Positions 16,264 to 25,148 of a stretch of DNA of 25,737 nucleotides are shown in pieces (the stretch's first letter is position 1; the number at the start of each line of letters is the position of its first letter). Location of the stretch: IMG/VR virus record IMGVR_UViG_3300031631_000019, positions 1 through 25,737 of that record; one strand, written 5' to 3'. The stretch comes from a virus (lineage: Duplodnaviria; Caudoviricetes). Below the pieces are notes generated by a model. That model saw only the letters and a program-made list of their open reading frames with translations. It was not told the origin of the DNA and ran no database searches. The translations under genes and the position numbers were made by a program.

Positions 16264-16574
16264 ACAAAAGACAATTAACAGCAATACTCAAACCAGTTAA
16301 AGGTATGTCCGTAATTAACATGACCAATCCAAACAGCCACAACAAAATTTCAAACCAGTTTATAATTCACACAGCTACAGGCAGCATATTTCAATCATAC
16401 ACAACAATTATTGCTGTCAAAACCTTTGGCCAACCTACCATCCTGGACGAGCAAGCATGGGACTACTCGCGAACAACAGGGAAATACCGTAATCAATTCC
16501 TTAATGAGCGCATTGCGGACACTCGCAGAAAAATTGAGAATGGAACATATATACTGACCGACTTAAACCAGTAG
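16260..16574 (+). CDS. Conserved hypothetical phage early protein
   Basis: NQFII...FQSYTTIIA...WDYSRTTGKYRNQFL...YILTDLN motif. ATGA-coupled start at 16260. Confidence 0.8.
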   Translation: MNKRQLTAILKPVKGMSVINMTNPNSHNKISNQFIIHTATGSIFQSYTTIIAVKTFGQPTILDEQAWDYSRTTGKYRNQFLNERIADTRRKIENGTYILTDLNQ

Positions 16575-16688
16575 TCTTTAGTCTTGCTTTACGCTTAGGC
16601 CATATCACTTGCAAGATATGGTCTGACTATGAAGTAAAACCATAACAGAGGAGAACGGCTATGAGTTCACAGAGGATGGTGTATTGAT

Positions 16689-16754
16689 ATGATCACTGGA
16701 ATACTACGCGCCATAATAATAATAGGCTTTTACATCATCATAGGTAACATATGA
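16689..16754 (+). CDS. 21-aa hydrophobic peptide (MITGILRAIIIIGFYIIIGNI)
   Basis: Follows an 8-codon ORF (16661-16687, GAGGAG RBS) through a TGA-T-ATG junction and overlaps the next gene by ATGA. Confidence 0.45.
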   Translation: MITGILRAIIIIGFYIIIGNI

Positions 16755-16942
16755 CTATTGACCAGATTATCAGTAAGCACAGAACAACCATCAGCAATCT
16801 ACCGGCTCCAGCTATCATTGCATTATACGAGGGCAGAACTACACCCACTATGATGCACTTGATCACAACCACGCCTACAGCCCCTCTTCAAGCTCTTCGA
16901 CAGGACCTGGCAACCATCACCCCTACAGAGGTAACACTATGA
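16751..16942 (+). CDS. Hypothetical protein (63 aa)
   Basis: ATGA overlaps at both ends. Confidence 0.6.
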   Translation: MTIDQIISKHRTTISNLPAPAIIALYEGRTTPTMMHLITTTPTAPLQALRQDLATITPTEVTL

Positions 16943-17127
16943 TAATCAAATGCGAGCATTGCGGTCAGGACCTGACCTTCACAGAACTGGTACCACAGAG
17001 TGGCTCTTGACTTATACCACGTCTTCAGGCTATAAAGAGAAATAGCTCGCAAAATATCCTCTTCAGGATACCCGCGGGCTATTCTCACCCCTACAGACAG
17101 CTAACCTTCAACCAAAGGTCAACGCCT

Positions 17128-19692
17128 ATGGGCATTCTAACCCAATTATATACTCATTGTCAAGGCTCCTTCATCCCCTTGCACCCTGACAGCAAGAAGC
17201 CTATTGATACTGCTTGGACTTCCCTGGAGCTTAACGGACAGACGGCAGCGAGCGCACTGGCTTTCCTCTCTGTTGGCTATAATGCTGGATATAGGATACC
17301 AGAACATACTCTCATTATAGATGTAGATCCCAGGAACGGTGGCAATGAATCGTTTCTCAAGTTACCAGATGACGTTCAAGCTCTTCCCATAACCACTATC
17401 ACCCCCAGTGGAGGCTATCATGTTTACACCCAAATACCGAAGAGCCACCACGATGTTCCACTACGCTCCTCACTCAAGGACGTTTTCCCTGGTATTGACT
17501 TTCTCCGCCAGGGCAAGCAGGTACTACTTCCAGGATCTTCCCTTCCCGGTGATTTCTATTACGCTGAGCAGTCACTCCCGGTACCTGCCGAACTCAGGTT
17601 GCCTGACAGACTATACTACCAGTTGCACCCTCAAGCGGTAACACCCCTTCCACTGGTGCCTCTCTCCCTTCTGGCCCTTCTGGAGCGACCAGTCGTCGAC
17701 TCCAGCACGATCCCTTCTGGATTTCTCACAAATACAGACTTAACCAGTGCCCTCACCAACCTACCAGTGCTTGACTACAACGACAATGATTCTTGGCTAT
17801 CTATTATGTTGGCCTGTCATCATGCTACCGCTGGCGATGGCCTGGAAGCCTTCCTGGCCTGGTCCCTACAAGATCCAGACTATGCCAGCCAAGAACAGAT
17901 CATACGGTCCAGGTGGAACAGCGCAACCGTAGATGATACAGGCGCTCCGATGATCACAGTCAGGACCCTGGTACACGAAATTCAAAAACACGGCCCAGCG
18001 CCATCATGGCTCAGGATCAAAGCTGGGATGCAGCAGCAAGCAGAAGATCTTTTTGACCCCATATCACAACCTTCACAAGACCTGGCTACCGCCGTAGCCG
18101 GCCATCTTCAGGCCATAACTGCGGAACAGGACCCCTTCAGGCTTATACCTACCATGGCTATTACCATTGCGTCCGACAGCGCACTCCTGGAGAGTCACAG
18201 AGAGATGCTACTTATGAAGGTGGCGAAAAAGGGAGGGACTTCACTAACAGCCCTCAAGAAGGATATACGGGCCCTTCTGAAGGCGCCTAAAAACAAAGCT
18301 CCGGCAGCCCTTCTGCCTACATCCCCACCCAGCGCCCCTGGTGGAATAGTGGATTTTGTACAGCCTACAGATGAGAGCCAGCTTGATCTCCGTATAGCCA
18401 GTGCCCTTCTGGATCGTGTAGCCCATGATTGTGACAACATCTATCCTATAGTAGCGGCAGGGGAGTGGTGGCTGTGGGACGGCAAGCACTGGAGCAAACG
18501 TACTTCAGACCAGGACCTCAAGCGCCTATGTATCAGCACCATACAACTGATGGGTGTTATAGTTAAATCCACTAATGTCCAGAGTATCACCGATCTGGCC
18601 AGGTTCCAGATTGAGACCTCATATGATAATCTTCTAGGCGACACCTCAAAAACCAGGGTGTTCTGCCAGAACGTAGTACTTACATTCAACACCGAGTCTA
18701 ATGCCTGGGAGCAGTCACCGCATAGCCCAGCTAATCATAACCTGGCGGTAGTCAGCGCGCACTTTGACCCCGCGGCACCTATACCTTCGCGCTGGTTGTC
18801 CTTCCTCCATAGAGCCACTACGTCAGACCATGCCCGGCGAACCTTGGCGTGCGCTATTGTTTACGCTGCAGGAGGGATGGACCCGTGGTTGCGAAAAGCG
18901 TTTTTCCTCTACGGCCCCACTGGAACAGGTAAGAGTGCTACTCTTGATTTCCTTGAGAATTTCCTTGGTCAAACTAATTGCACTTCACTATCTATTACCC
19001 AGCTTGGCTCCAGAAACGGCCCTGCAGAACTGGTTGGCAAGCTGGCTAACATCTCGAATGAGACGTTATCCAAAAGCTCCTTCCAGGATGATATATTTAA
19101 ATCCTTAGTCAGTGGCGAGTCTCTTCTGGTGGAAAAGAAATATAAAGACCCGTTCCCCTTCAGGAACAAAGCAAAAATGTTTCTGGCTGCCAATGGTTTC
19201 CCCCGGGTGAGAGATGAGTCCGAAGCAGTGTGGGACAGGATAGTCCTTCTCTCGTATCCGAACCAGATCCCTGAAAATGAAATGGACCCCTTCCTCCAGG
19301 AGAAATTAGCTCTTGAATACCCTGGTATTTTGAACTGGGCGCTAAAAATCTATGCGGAAGAGTACGAAAAGGACCAATGCAGATCTATTATGTTACCTGA
19401 TGAGCATGGCCTTCGCGACAAAATGATCTGGCGTAGAGTCAACAACCCCGCCCTTGAATGGCTGCGGGAGCGGACTGTAGCGGCAGAACTGGATGACCGT
19501 GTAGCCATCGACCAGGCGTACCAGGATTACCGTAGCTGGACTAAACGTGAGGGCCATATGGCTTCCGCCAAAAACCATTTCAGTAGAGTAATCAGCAAAA
19601 TGTACAGAGATGTAAAAGATGCCGACGGCAAAAAATTATTCGTCGGCGTTAAACTTAAACCACTTGAATTTTTTAACGTGAAGGAGAACTAA
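17128..19692 (+). CDS. Bifunctional primase-polymerase fused to PriCT-2 and a D5/P4-like SF3 helicase
   Basis: IPLHPDSKKP, IIDVDPRNGG and TPSGGYHVY (PrimPol), DSWLSIMLACHH...WS...RW (PriCT-2), LYGPTGTGKS Walker A, LANISNE Walker B, FKSLVSGE...KYKD and AVWDRI. Confidence 0.92.
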   Translation: MGILTQLYTHCQGSFIPLHPDSKKPIDTAWTSLELNGQTAASALAFLSVGYNAGYRIPEHTLIIDVDPRNGGNESFLKLPDDVQALPITTITPSGGYHVYTQIPKSHHDVPLRSSLKDVFPGIDFLRQGKQVLLPGSSLPGDFYYAEQSLPVPAELRLPDRLYYQLHPQAVTPLPLVPLSLLALLERPVVDSSTIPSGFLTNTDLTSALTNLPVLDYNDNDSWLSIMLACHHATAGDGLEAFLAWSLQDPDYASQEQIIRSRWNSATVDDTGAPMITVRTLVHEIQKHGPAPSWLRIKAGMQQQAEDLFDPISQPSQDLATAVAGHLQAITAEQDPFRLIPTMAITIASDSALLESHREMLLMKVAKKGGTSLTALKKDIRALLKAPKNKAPAALLPTSPPSAPGGIVDFVQPTDESQLDLRIASALLDRVAHDCDNIYPIVAAGEWWLWDGKHWSKRTSDQDLKRLCISTIQLMGVIVKSTNVQSITDLARFQIETSYDNLLGDTSKTRVFCQNVVLTFNTESNAWEQSPHSPANHNLAVVSAHFDPAAPIPSRWLSFLHRATTSDHARRTLACAIVYAAGGMDPWLRKAFFLYGPTGTGKSATLDFLENFLGQTNCTSLSITQLGSRNGPAELVGKLANISNETLSKSSFQDDIFKSLVSGESLLVEKKYKDPFPFRNKAKMFLAANGFPRVRDESEAVWDRIVLLSYPNQIPENEMDPFLQEKLALEYPGILNWALKIYAEEYEKDQCRSIMLPDEHGLRDKMIWRRVNNPALEWLRERTVAAELDDRVAIDQAYQDYRSWTKREGHMASAKNHFSRVISKMYRDVKDADGKKLFVGVKLKPLEFFNVKEN

Positions 19693-20255
19693 TGCAATAC
19701 AGCATAATCTACGCCGATCCACCCTGGAGTTATAAAGATAAAGCTCTCGCCGGAAACAGGGGCGCGTGCTGTAAATATGCTGTGCAAGACAAAGATTGGA
19801 TAGACAACCTGCCAGTTAGGAGTCTCGCTGCCGATGACTGTGTTCTATTCTTGTGGGTAACAATGCCAAAGTTAAATGAATGTTGGGAGCTAATAGCAAA
19901 GTGGGGTTTCACTTATAAAACGGTGGCATTTACTTGGGTAAAGAGGAACAAGAAGGCTTCTAGTTGGTTTTGGGGTATGGGCCGATGGACCAGGGCGAAT
20001 GCTGAACTCTGTTTAATCGCCACAAGAGGTAAACCAAAACGGCTAGACGCAGGAGTACATTCAGTTATCGACACTGCGATAGAGGGACATTCGAAAAAGC
20101 CTGATATAGTGAGGGACCGAATCGTTCAACTACTTGGCGACTTACCTCGGGTAGAGTTATTCGCTCGAAATAAAACTGAAGGGTGGGATGTGTGGGGCAA
20201 TGAGGTAGACGGTGCAAATATACTAAGCCCTTCAATACCAGATTTTATGAAATAA
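19692..20255 (+). CDS. MT-A70 family adenine methyltransferase
   Basis: IIYADPPW catalytic motif, LFLWVT, WGFTYKT..FTWVK, TRANAELCL, HSKKP and ELFAR...GWDVWGNE. Confidence 0.93.
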   Translation: MQYSIIYADPPWSYKDKALAGNRGACCKYAVQDKDWIDNLPVRSLAADDCVLFLWVTMPKLNECWELIAKWGFTYKTVAFTWVKRNKKASSWFWGMGRWTRANAELCLIATRGKPKRLDAGVHSVIDTAIEGHSKKPDIVRDRIVQLLGDLPRVELFARNKTEGWDVWGNEVDGANILSPSIPDFMK

Positions 20256-20258
20256 CTC

Positions 20259-20287
20259 TTGACACCGCAAAGTAAAGGGTATACTCT
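20259..20287 (+). promoter_or_regulatory. Sigma70-type promoter for the replication module
   Basis: TTGACA (20259-20264) followed by TACTCT at 17 nt (or TATACT at 15 nt), in the intergenic gap. Confidence 0.6.
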
Positions 20288-20350
20288 ACTAAGTATAAGC
20301 AGGGGATTCGATTCGGACTCCCACAAGTAATAAATTTAAAGGAGAAGAGA

Positions 20351-20773
20351 ATGAAGAAAGAAACCATGGCATTAGCTAAAGCATTTGAGAATCTGATTGT
20401 ATCTATATGCAACCAGAACACTGTATCCCACGATGTAGTACCTCAGCAAGTAACACCAGCCCCTGTAGCCGTAGCTCCAGCAGTCAACCCTGTACCTGCT
20501 AAAGTAGTTAAAGCGGTACCCGCTAAAGTAGCACCAGTGGCACCTGCTCCTGTTGTACCCGAAGCGGTAGCCACTCCCGTGGGACCAGTTACTCATGACG
20601 AAGTCCGTACTCACCTCCTGCCTATTATCCAGAGCAACCAGAACGCGATGACTGCTGTTCACGGCGTCCTCACAGGGCAGTTTGGCGTCAACGAGCTGAC
20701 CTCCCTACCTGTTGCTAGCATCTCGACATTCATGGTTGCTGTAGACGCAGCCCTCGCCGCTATCCCTAAATAA
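20351..20773 (+). CDS. Pro/Ala/Val-rich protein preceding the DUF2800 nuclease
   Basis: AAGGAG RBS, low-complexity linker and C-terminal VTHDEVR...FGVNELTSL domain, as typical for this gene position. Confidence 0.75.
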   Translation: MKKETMALAKAFENLIVSICNQNTVSHDVVPQQVTPAPVAVAPAVNPVPAKVVKAVPAKVAPVAPAPVVPEAVATPVGPVTHDEVRTHLLPIIQSNQNAMTAVHGVLTGQFGVNELTSLPVASISTFMVAVDAALAAIPK

Positions 20774-20785
20774 GAGGACTGTGAT

Positions 20786-21988
20786 ATGGAACATGCTAAA
20801 TTAACATCACCCTCTGCTGCTGACAGGTGGTCAGTGTGTACCGCCTCAGCCGAAGTATGCCCGGCATATGAGGACAAGCCTGGTCCTGATGCCTTGAAAG
20901 GGTTAGCCGCTCACGCTCTGCTGGAGAAGTCAATCCTCCAGCGTAAGCACCCCAGGCTGATTGACCCTGACCATCCTGCTCTTGACGGCGTATCCCTGGC
21001 ATATGCTCAAGTCCTGCCAGTGTTGGTAGATCCTGCCTGTTACGTTTATACTGAGACAGTAGTGCAATACTCAGAAGACCTCTGGGGCACTGCTGACGTT
21101 ATAGTAATAAAGCCTGATGGGTTGATGCTGGTGATTGACTACAAAAACGGAGTCATACCTGTTGAGGCTGACTGCCTTCAACTCCTGATCTACTCCGCAG
21201 CAGCTCTCAAGACGATGGCATGGTTGTCACCAGTGCCTATCACCGCTGTTGGTTGCCTCATTATTCAACCCAACGGCCTGTCTGGCCCCAAGGTCAAAGA
21301 GCATATGCGTACTGCGGAAGAGGTTGACTGTGAGATGGAGGAGAAGATTCTGCCGGCAGTTGATGTAATCATGAGCGCTGGTGACCCGTCAGTCAAGACC
21401 CAACCTGAGTTCGTAGTCAGTGAGAAAGGCTGCAAGTGGTGCCCACATGGTAGAGCAGGTAACTGCGAAGCTCTGGCCGCTACTGCTCTCGACTCTGTTA
21501 AGGCCAGGTTCGACGACCTCGGAGCCTTGGTAGTACCTGAAACCAGTAGAGTTGATTCTCTCACTGATGACCAGGTAGCCAAAGTACTTGAGGCCAGACC
21601 GCTCTTTAAAAAGTTCCTCGAAGGCGTGGAGAACAGAGCCATGCAGACAGTCAAGTCTGGCGGTAAAGTGCCTGGCTTCAAGATGGTAGCCGGTAGGACA
21701 AACAGGTCGTGGAGTCATACTACTGACACCGAGACCCTGGAGTTCCTCACCAAAACGTTAAAATTCAAGAGAAGAGAAGTGGTATCCGATAAGGTGGCAA
21801 CACCTGCGGTAGTAGAAAAAATGATTAACAGCTTGAAACGAAACAAGGACGCCAAGCTGGACTTGTTCAAGGATGCTGTAGAGAATAAAGAAGGCAAACT
21901 GACTTTAGTTTCCGCAGATTCAAAGAAAAAAGAAATCGTAATGTTCCAAGAAATCCCAGCGATAGACGCCGGGTCAGTACTGGGCTAA
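20786..21988 (+). CDS. DUF2800 PD-(D/E)xK (Cas4-like) exonuclease
   Basis: HAKLTSPSAADRWSVC, G.AAH, WGTADVI...VIDYKNG, QLLIY, IIQP, CKWC...C and PGFKMVAGR motifs. Confidence 0.88.
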   Translation: MEHAKLTSPSAADRWSVCTASAEVCPAYEDKPGPDALKGLAAHALLEKSILQRKHPRLIDPDHPALDGVSLAYAQVLPVLVDPACYVYTETVVQYSEDLWGTADVIVIKPDGLMLVIDYKNGVIPVEADCLQLLIYSAAALKTMAWLSPVPITAVGCLIIQPNGLSGPKVKEHMRTAEEVDCEMEEKILPAVDVIMSAGDPSVKTQPEFVVSEKGCKWCPHGRAGNCEALAATALDSVKARFDDLGALVVPETSRVDSLTDDQVAKVLEARPLFKKFLEGVENRAMQTVKSGGKVPGFKMVAGRTNRSWSHTTDTETLEFLTKTLKFKRREVVSDKVATPAVVEKMINSLKRNKDAKLDLFKDAVENKEGKLTLVSADSKKKEIVMFQEIPAIDAGSVLG

Positions 21989-21998
21989 GGAGAAAGAA

Positions 21999-22529
21999 AT
22001 GGGAAAGCTATTTAATTTGGAAAGTGTAACAATCAACTGGCCCCAAGTTTTTTCAGCCAAAGGTAGCAAGAAGTTCCCCACTAACCCTGCGAAGTTCTCA
22101 GCGTCTTGCTTGATTGAGGCGGGGTCAGCCAACCACCATGCCTTGGTTAACGCCATGAACGAGGTAGCCACTGAGAGTTTCCCTGATGGTGCCTGTCAGT
22201 TCCCTACCCTCGCACCGTCTGCTGACGGTAAATACGTGGAAGTGAGAGCCTCCGCTAATGCTGACAGCCCTCCAGGTGTTCTGGATGGCAGCAAGAACGA
22301 GATCCTCAACCCAGGTGAGATCTACTCCGGGGTAGTCTGTAACGTGGCTCTCGACGTCTTCGCTTCTACAAACTACGGCAGGGTATGTATAGGGCTACTC
22401 GGAGTTCAGAAGGTAAAAGACGGTCCTCGTATGGACAACAGGCCGGATACCTCTGAGCTGTTCCAACCCATCAATGTAGTCAATAACCTCCAACCCGGCG
22501 CCCCAACTGTCGGAAAACTTTTAGGTTAA
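21999..22529 (+). CDS. DUF2815 / gp2.5-like single-stranded DNA-binding protein
   Basis: KFSASCLI, IYSGVVCN and GLLGVQKVKDG motifs, between DUF2800 and PolA. Confidence 0.85.
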   Translation: MGKLFNLESVTINWPQVFSAKGSKKFPTNPAKFSASCLIEAGSANHHALVNAMNEVATESFPDGACQFPTLAPSADGKYVEVRASANADSPPGVLDGSKNEILNPGEIYSGVVCNVALDVFASTNYGRVCIGLLGVQKVKDGPRMDNRPDTSELFQPINVVNNLQPGAPTVGKLLG

Positions 22530-22533
22530 TGCT

Positions 22534-23703
22534 ATGAAACTAACCCTCGACTTTGAAACGTACAGTGACCTGGACATATCCTCAGTCGGGGGTTATCGGT
22601 ACGCCATGCACCCCAGCGCCAAGGCTCTTATGCTGAGTTGGAAGATAGACGATGGGCCTACACAGATATGGGACATAGCTGGAGGGACGAGTCCTCCAGC
22701 GGTACAGAGGGAGTCGGTATTCGACAGTACTCCAAGGGTTCTACGGAACGCCCTCTACAACCCTGAATGTACTATCCATGCGTTCAATGCGAACTTCGAG
22801 AGGCTAGTATTCAAGTACGCACTGAACATAGGTCTGCCGACCTCCCGCTTCAGATGCTCGATGGTCAGAGCGTATAGCCTGTCCTTCTCTGGTGGCCTGG
22901 ACGATGTACTGGCTCAGTTCTTACCACACCTGAAGAAAGACCCCAGAGGCAAGAAGCTGATGAATAAGTTCTCCAAACCCCAACCAAAGAACCAGATAGT
23001 ACAGCATTGGGATCACAAGAACGCCCCGGAAGAATGGGAAGAGTACAAACAGTACTGTATACAAGATACCGAGGTGGAGTATGCGCTCTCAACAGCACTG
23101 GAGGCCTACCCTTACCTTGAAAGTGAACAAGAGCTATATGTCCTCGACCAAGAGATAAATGACAGAGGAGTGCCCCTTGACCGTGACCTCATAGAAGCCG
23201 CAATCAAGATCAGCACCAAGGAAAAAGCTCGATTGAAGACTTACCTGCAAGAGAGAACCGGCCTCGCTAATCCAAACAGCAACAGCCAGATGCTCCCTTG
23301 GCTCAATTGGCAGTGGGTGTTCATGCAGAACATGCAGAAGGACACCGTAACAGAGACCCTGGAAAGAGATGACCTTATCCCTCTGGTGAGAGATGTTCTG
23401 ATGCATAAGCAGCAACTGGCTAAGACCTCGGTCACTAAGTACAACGCTTTTGCCAAGTGTATCTGTGACGATGACCGGGTACGAGGGATGTTCTCATTCG
23501 CCGGAGCGCAACGAACCAACCGCTGGGCAGGCAGGATAGTACAGTTACATAACCTCGCCCGTGGCGGAGCAGTAACCAAAGACCCTGGCACCTTGGCAGA
23601 TGTAATGGTAGCTGGTGGACACGAAGCCATTCAAAACCTATATGGTGCCCCGATGATCGCCTTGAGCGATGCCATCAGATGCACCATAACCTCGGAGACT
23701 TAG
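22534..23703 (+). CDS. polA: Family A DNA polymerase, N-terminal part (3'-5' exonuclease and thumb)
   Basis: LDFETYS (Exo I), HAFNANFER (Exo II), YCIQD (Exo III), DQEINDRG, and RGMFSFAGAQRTNRWAGR..QLHNL. Stops just before motif A. Confidence 0.9.
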   Translation: MKLTLDFETYSDLDISSVGGYRYAMHPSAKALMLSWKIDDGPTQIWDIAGGTSPPAVQRESVFDSTPRVLRNALYNPECTIHAFNANFERLVFKYALNIGLPTSRFRCSMVRAYSLSFSGGLDDVLAQFLPHLKKDPRGKKLMNKFSKPQPKNQIVQHWDHKNAPEEWEEYKQYCIQDTEVEYALSTALEAYPYLESEQELYVLDQEINDRGVPLDRDLIEAAIKISTKEKARLKTYLQERTGLANPNSNSQMLPWLNWQWVFMQNMQKDTVTETLERDDLIPLVRDVLMHKQQLAKTSVTKYNAFAKCICDDDRVRGMFSFAGAQRTNRWAGRIVQLHNLARGGAVTKDPGTLADVMVAGGHEAIQNLYGAPMIALSDAIRCTITSET

Positions 23704-23704
23704 T

Positions 23705-24523
23705 ATGCTTAATATAACTGACCTCTCCTCCATAGAGTCCCGTGTACTGGGCTGGGTATCGGACTGCAAAGGCATAAACGGTGCCTTTGCTACTGGTAAG
23801 GATACCTACAAGATATTTGCATCGAAATTCTACAACACTCCATACGACCTTATCACCAAGGAGCAGAGAAACTTCAGTAAACCACCAGTTTTGGGGTGTG
23901 GTTTCGGACTTGCCGCTCAGGGGCTGATGGCCTATGCAGAAGGTATGGGCACCACTATAGGTAAGAAAGATGCAGAAACTGCAGTCAACCTGTTCCGGGT
24001 AGTATTGTACCCTGAAGTACCTGAGTTCTGGAGCTGGTGCAAGTCTGCAGTATTCCACGTAACGCAAACAGGCGGTAAGATGGATGGGCCTCACGGCTTG
24101 TACGTTCATGCCAAAGGGGAGTTCCTGTTCATCCATCTACCAAGTGGGCGACAGATAGCATACCACAAGCCAGCTATCAGGGACCTACCACCACCATGGG
24201 ATAAAGAGACGACTATACCTCAGTTCACCTTCATGGGCAGGGATAAGTTCTCTCACAAGTGGACAAGGATCTCTGCATCTCCTGGTCACGTCTGTGAAAA
24301 TATTATCCAGGCACTGGCTAGAGATATACTAGGAGTATGGATGATAAGAGCTGCCAAGGCAGGGCACAGCATCATACTCCACGTCCATGATGAGATATGT
24401 GTAGAAGACGACCACGATGTAGTAGAAGAACTTAATGCCTTGATACGTGTGCCTATAGAGTGGGCGCCGGGGCTGCTCCTCGATGCTGAGGGGTTCACTG
24501 CTAAACGATACCGAAAGGGGTAA
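23705..24523 (+). CDS. polA: Family A DNA polymerase, C-terminal catalytic part (+1 frame)
   Basis: DLSSIESR (motif A), RNFSKPPVLGCGFG (motif B), LPSGR, ENIIQALARD and HVHDE (motif C). Confidence 0.9.
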   Translation: MLNITDLSSIESRVLGWVSDCKGINGAFATGKDTYKIFASKFYNTPYDLITKEQRNFSKPPVLGCGFGLAAQGLMAYAEGMGTTIGKKDAETAVNLFRVVLYPEVPEFWSWCKSAVFHVTQTGGKMDGPHGLYVHAKGEFLFIHLPSGRQIAYHKPAIRDLPPPWDKETTIPQFTFMGRDKFSHKWTRISASPGHVCENIIQALARDILGVWMIRAAKAGHSIILHVHDEICVEDDHDVVEELNALIRVPIEWAPGLLLDAEGFTAKRYRKG

Positions 24524-24527
24524 CAGT

Positions 24528-24767
24528 ATGGGCGGAGTCTATGCAGACCACAGGATCGACAACATGATTATGGCCAACGGAACGACCCGGTGCTGGGACC
24601 GCCGTGGCATCTACGATGTACCAACTGTCCCGGAAGCAGTCAGACCACCGATGGCCTGTAGACTGTGGCAGGTAGAGACCAGCGAGACCTCATTCAGCCA
24701 CCGAACCAGGGTCAACACCATAGACGAGATGGTAAAAAAGATACTCAACACAAAGGAAAAGTCATGA
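24528..24767 (+). CDS. Hypothetical protein (79 aa)
   Basis: ATG 4 nt after the polymerase stop with AGGGG upstream, and an ATGA overlap with the next gene. Confidence 0.6.
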   Translation: MGGVYADHRIDNMIMANGTTRCWDRRGIYDVPTVPEAVRPPMACRLWQVETSETSFSHRTRVNTIDEMVKKILNTKEKS

Positions 24768-25138
24768 CAAGTAACTTTATCTGGCTGATGATAGCCATTT
24801 ACTTCGAGGCCAGGAACCAGCCACTGGATGTACAGGTCTTGATAGGGCACTCAGTGATGACCCGAACGTTGAAGAGAGAGATCTCGGTTAAGCAGGTCTG
24901 TGCTGAGAAGGGGCAGTTCCCCTGGTACAAAAAACTCAAGAACGGCAAACTGATTATAGACGATGTGGCATCTCTAATCAGGGCCGCAGATGCAGCATTT
25001 AAAGTCCAAGCTGAGAGGATGGATGGTATCTACTTTGACGCTGACTTCTTTTACTCGGATGATATATCCCCACCTTACTGGGCCAAAGTGTTTGAGCCTA
25101 GAGGCAAGTACGGGGCTTTCTATTTCTTTAAATCGTGA
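24764..25138 (+). CDS. SleB / Hydrolase_2 family cell wall hydrolase
   Basis: AIYFEARNQ catalytic motif, V..SVMTR, GQFPW, PYWA and G.FYFF. Start at ATG 24764 behind AAGGA. Confidence 0.85.
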   Translation: MTSNFIWLMIAIYFEARNQPLDVQVLIGHSVMTRTLKREISVKQVCAEKGQFPWYKKLKNGKLIIDDVASLIRAADAAFKVQAERMDGIYFDADFFYSDDISPPYWAKVFEPRGKYGAFYFFKS

Positions 25139-25148
25139 GGAGAACACA

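Noticed and set aside
6703-16574. Genome-wide TAG reassignment suggested by the amber codons at the three breaks
   Set aside because: The major capsid gene and gene 16260-16574 end at TAG at natural-looking C-termini, long genes are intact in the standard code, and reading TAG as sense does not repair the two frame changes.
20786-21988. Cas4-like gene as part of a CRISPR-Cas system
   Set aside because: It sits in the standard DUF2800-DUF2815-PolA replication module, and no other cas genes are present.
701-23703. Site-specific inversion between the two oppositely oriented ACTTAG sites
   Set aside because: A crossover would join the fibre N-terminus to polymerase sequence and vice versa, and both products stop at once. 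No recombinase is visible.
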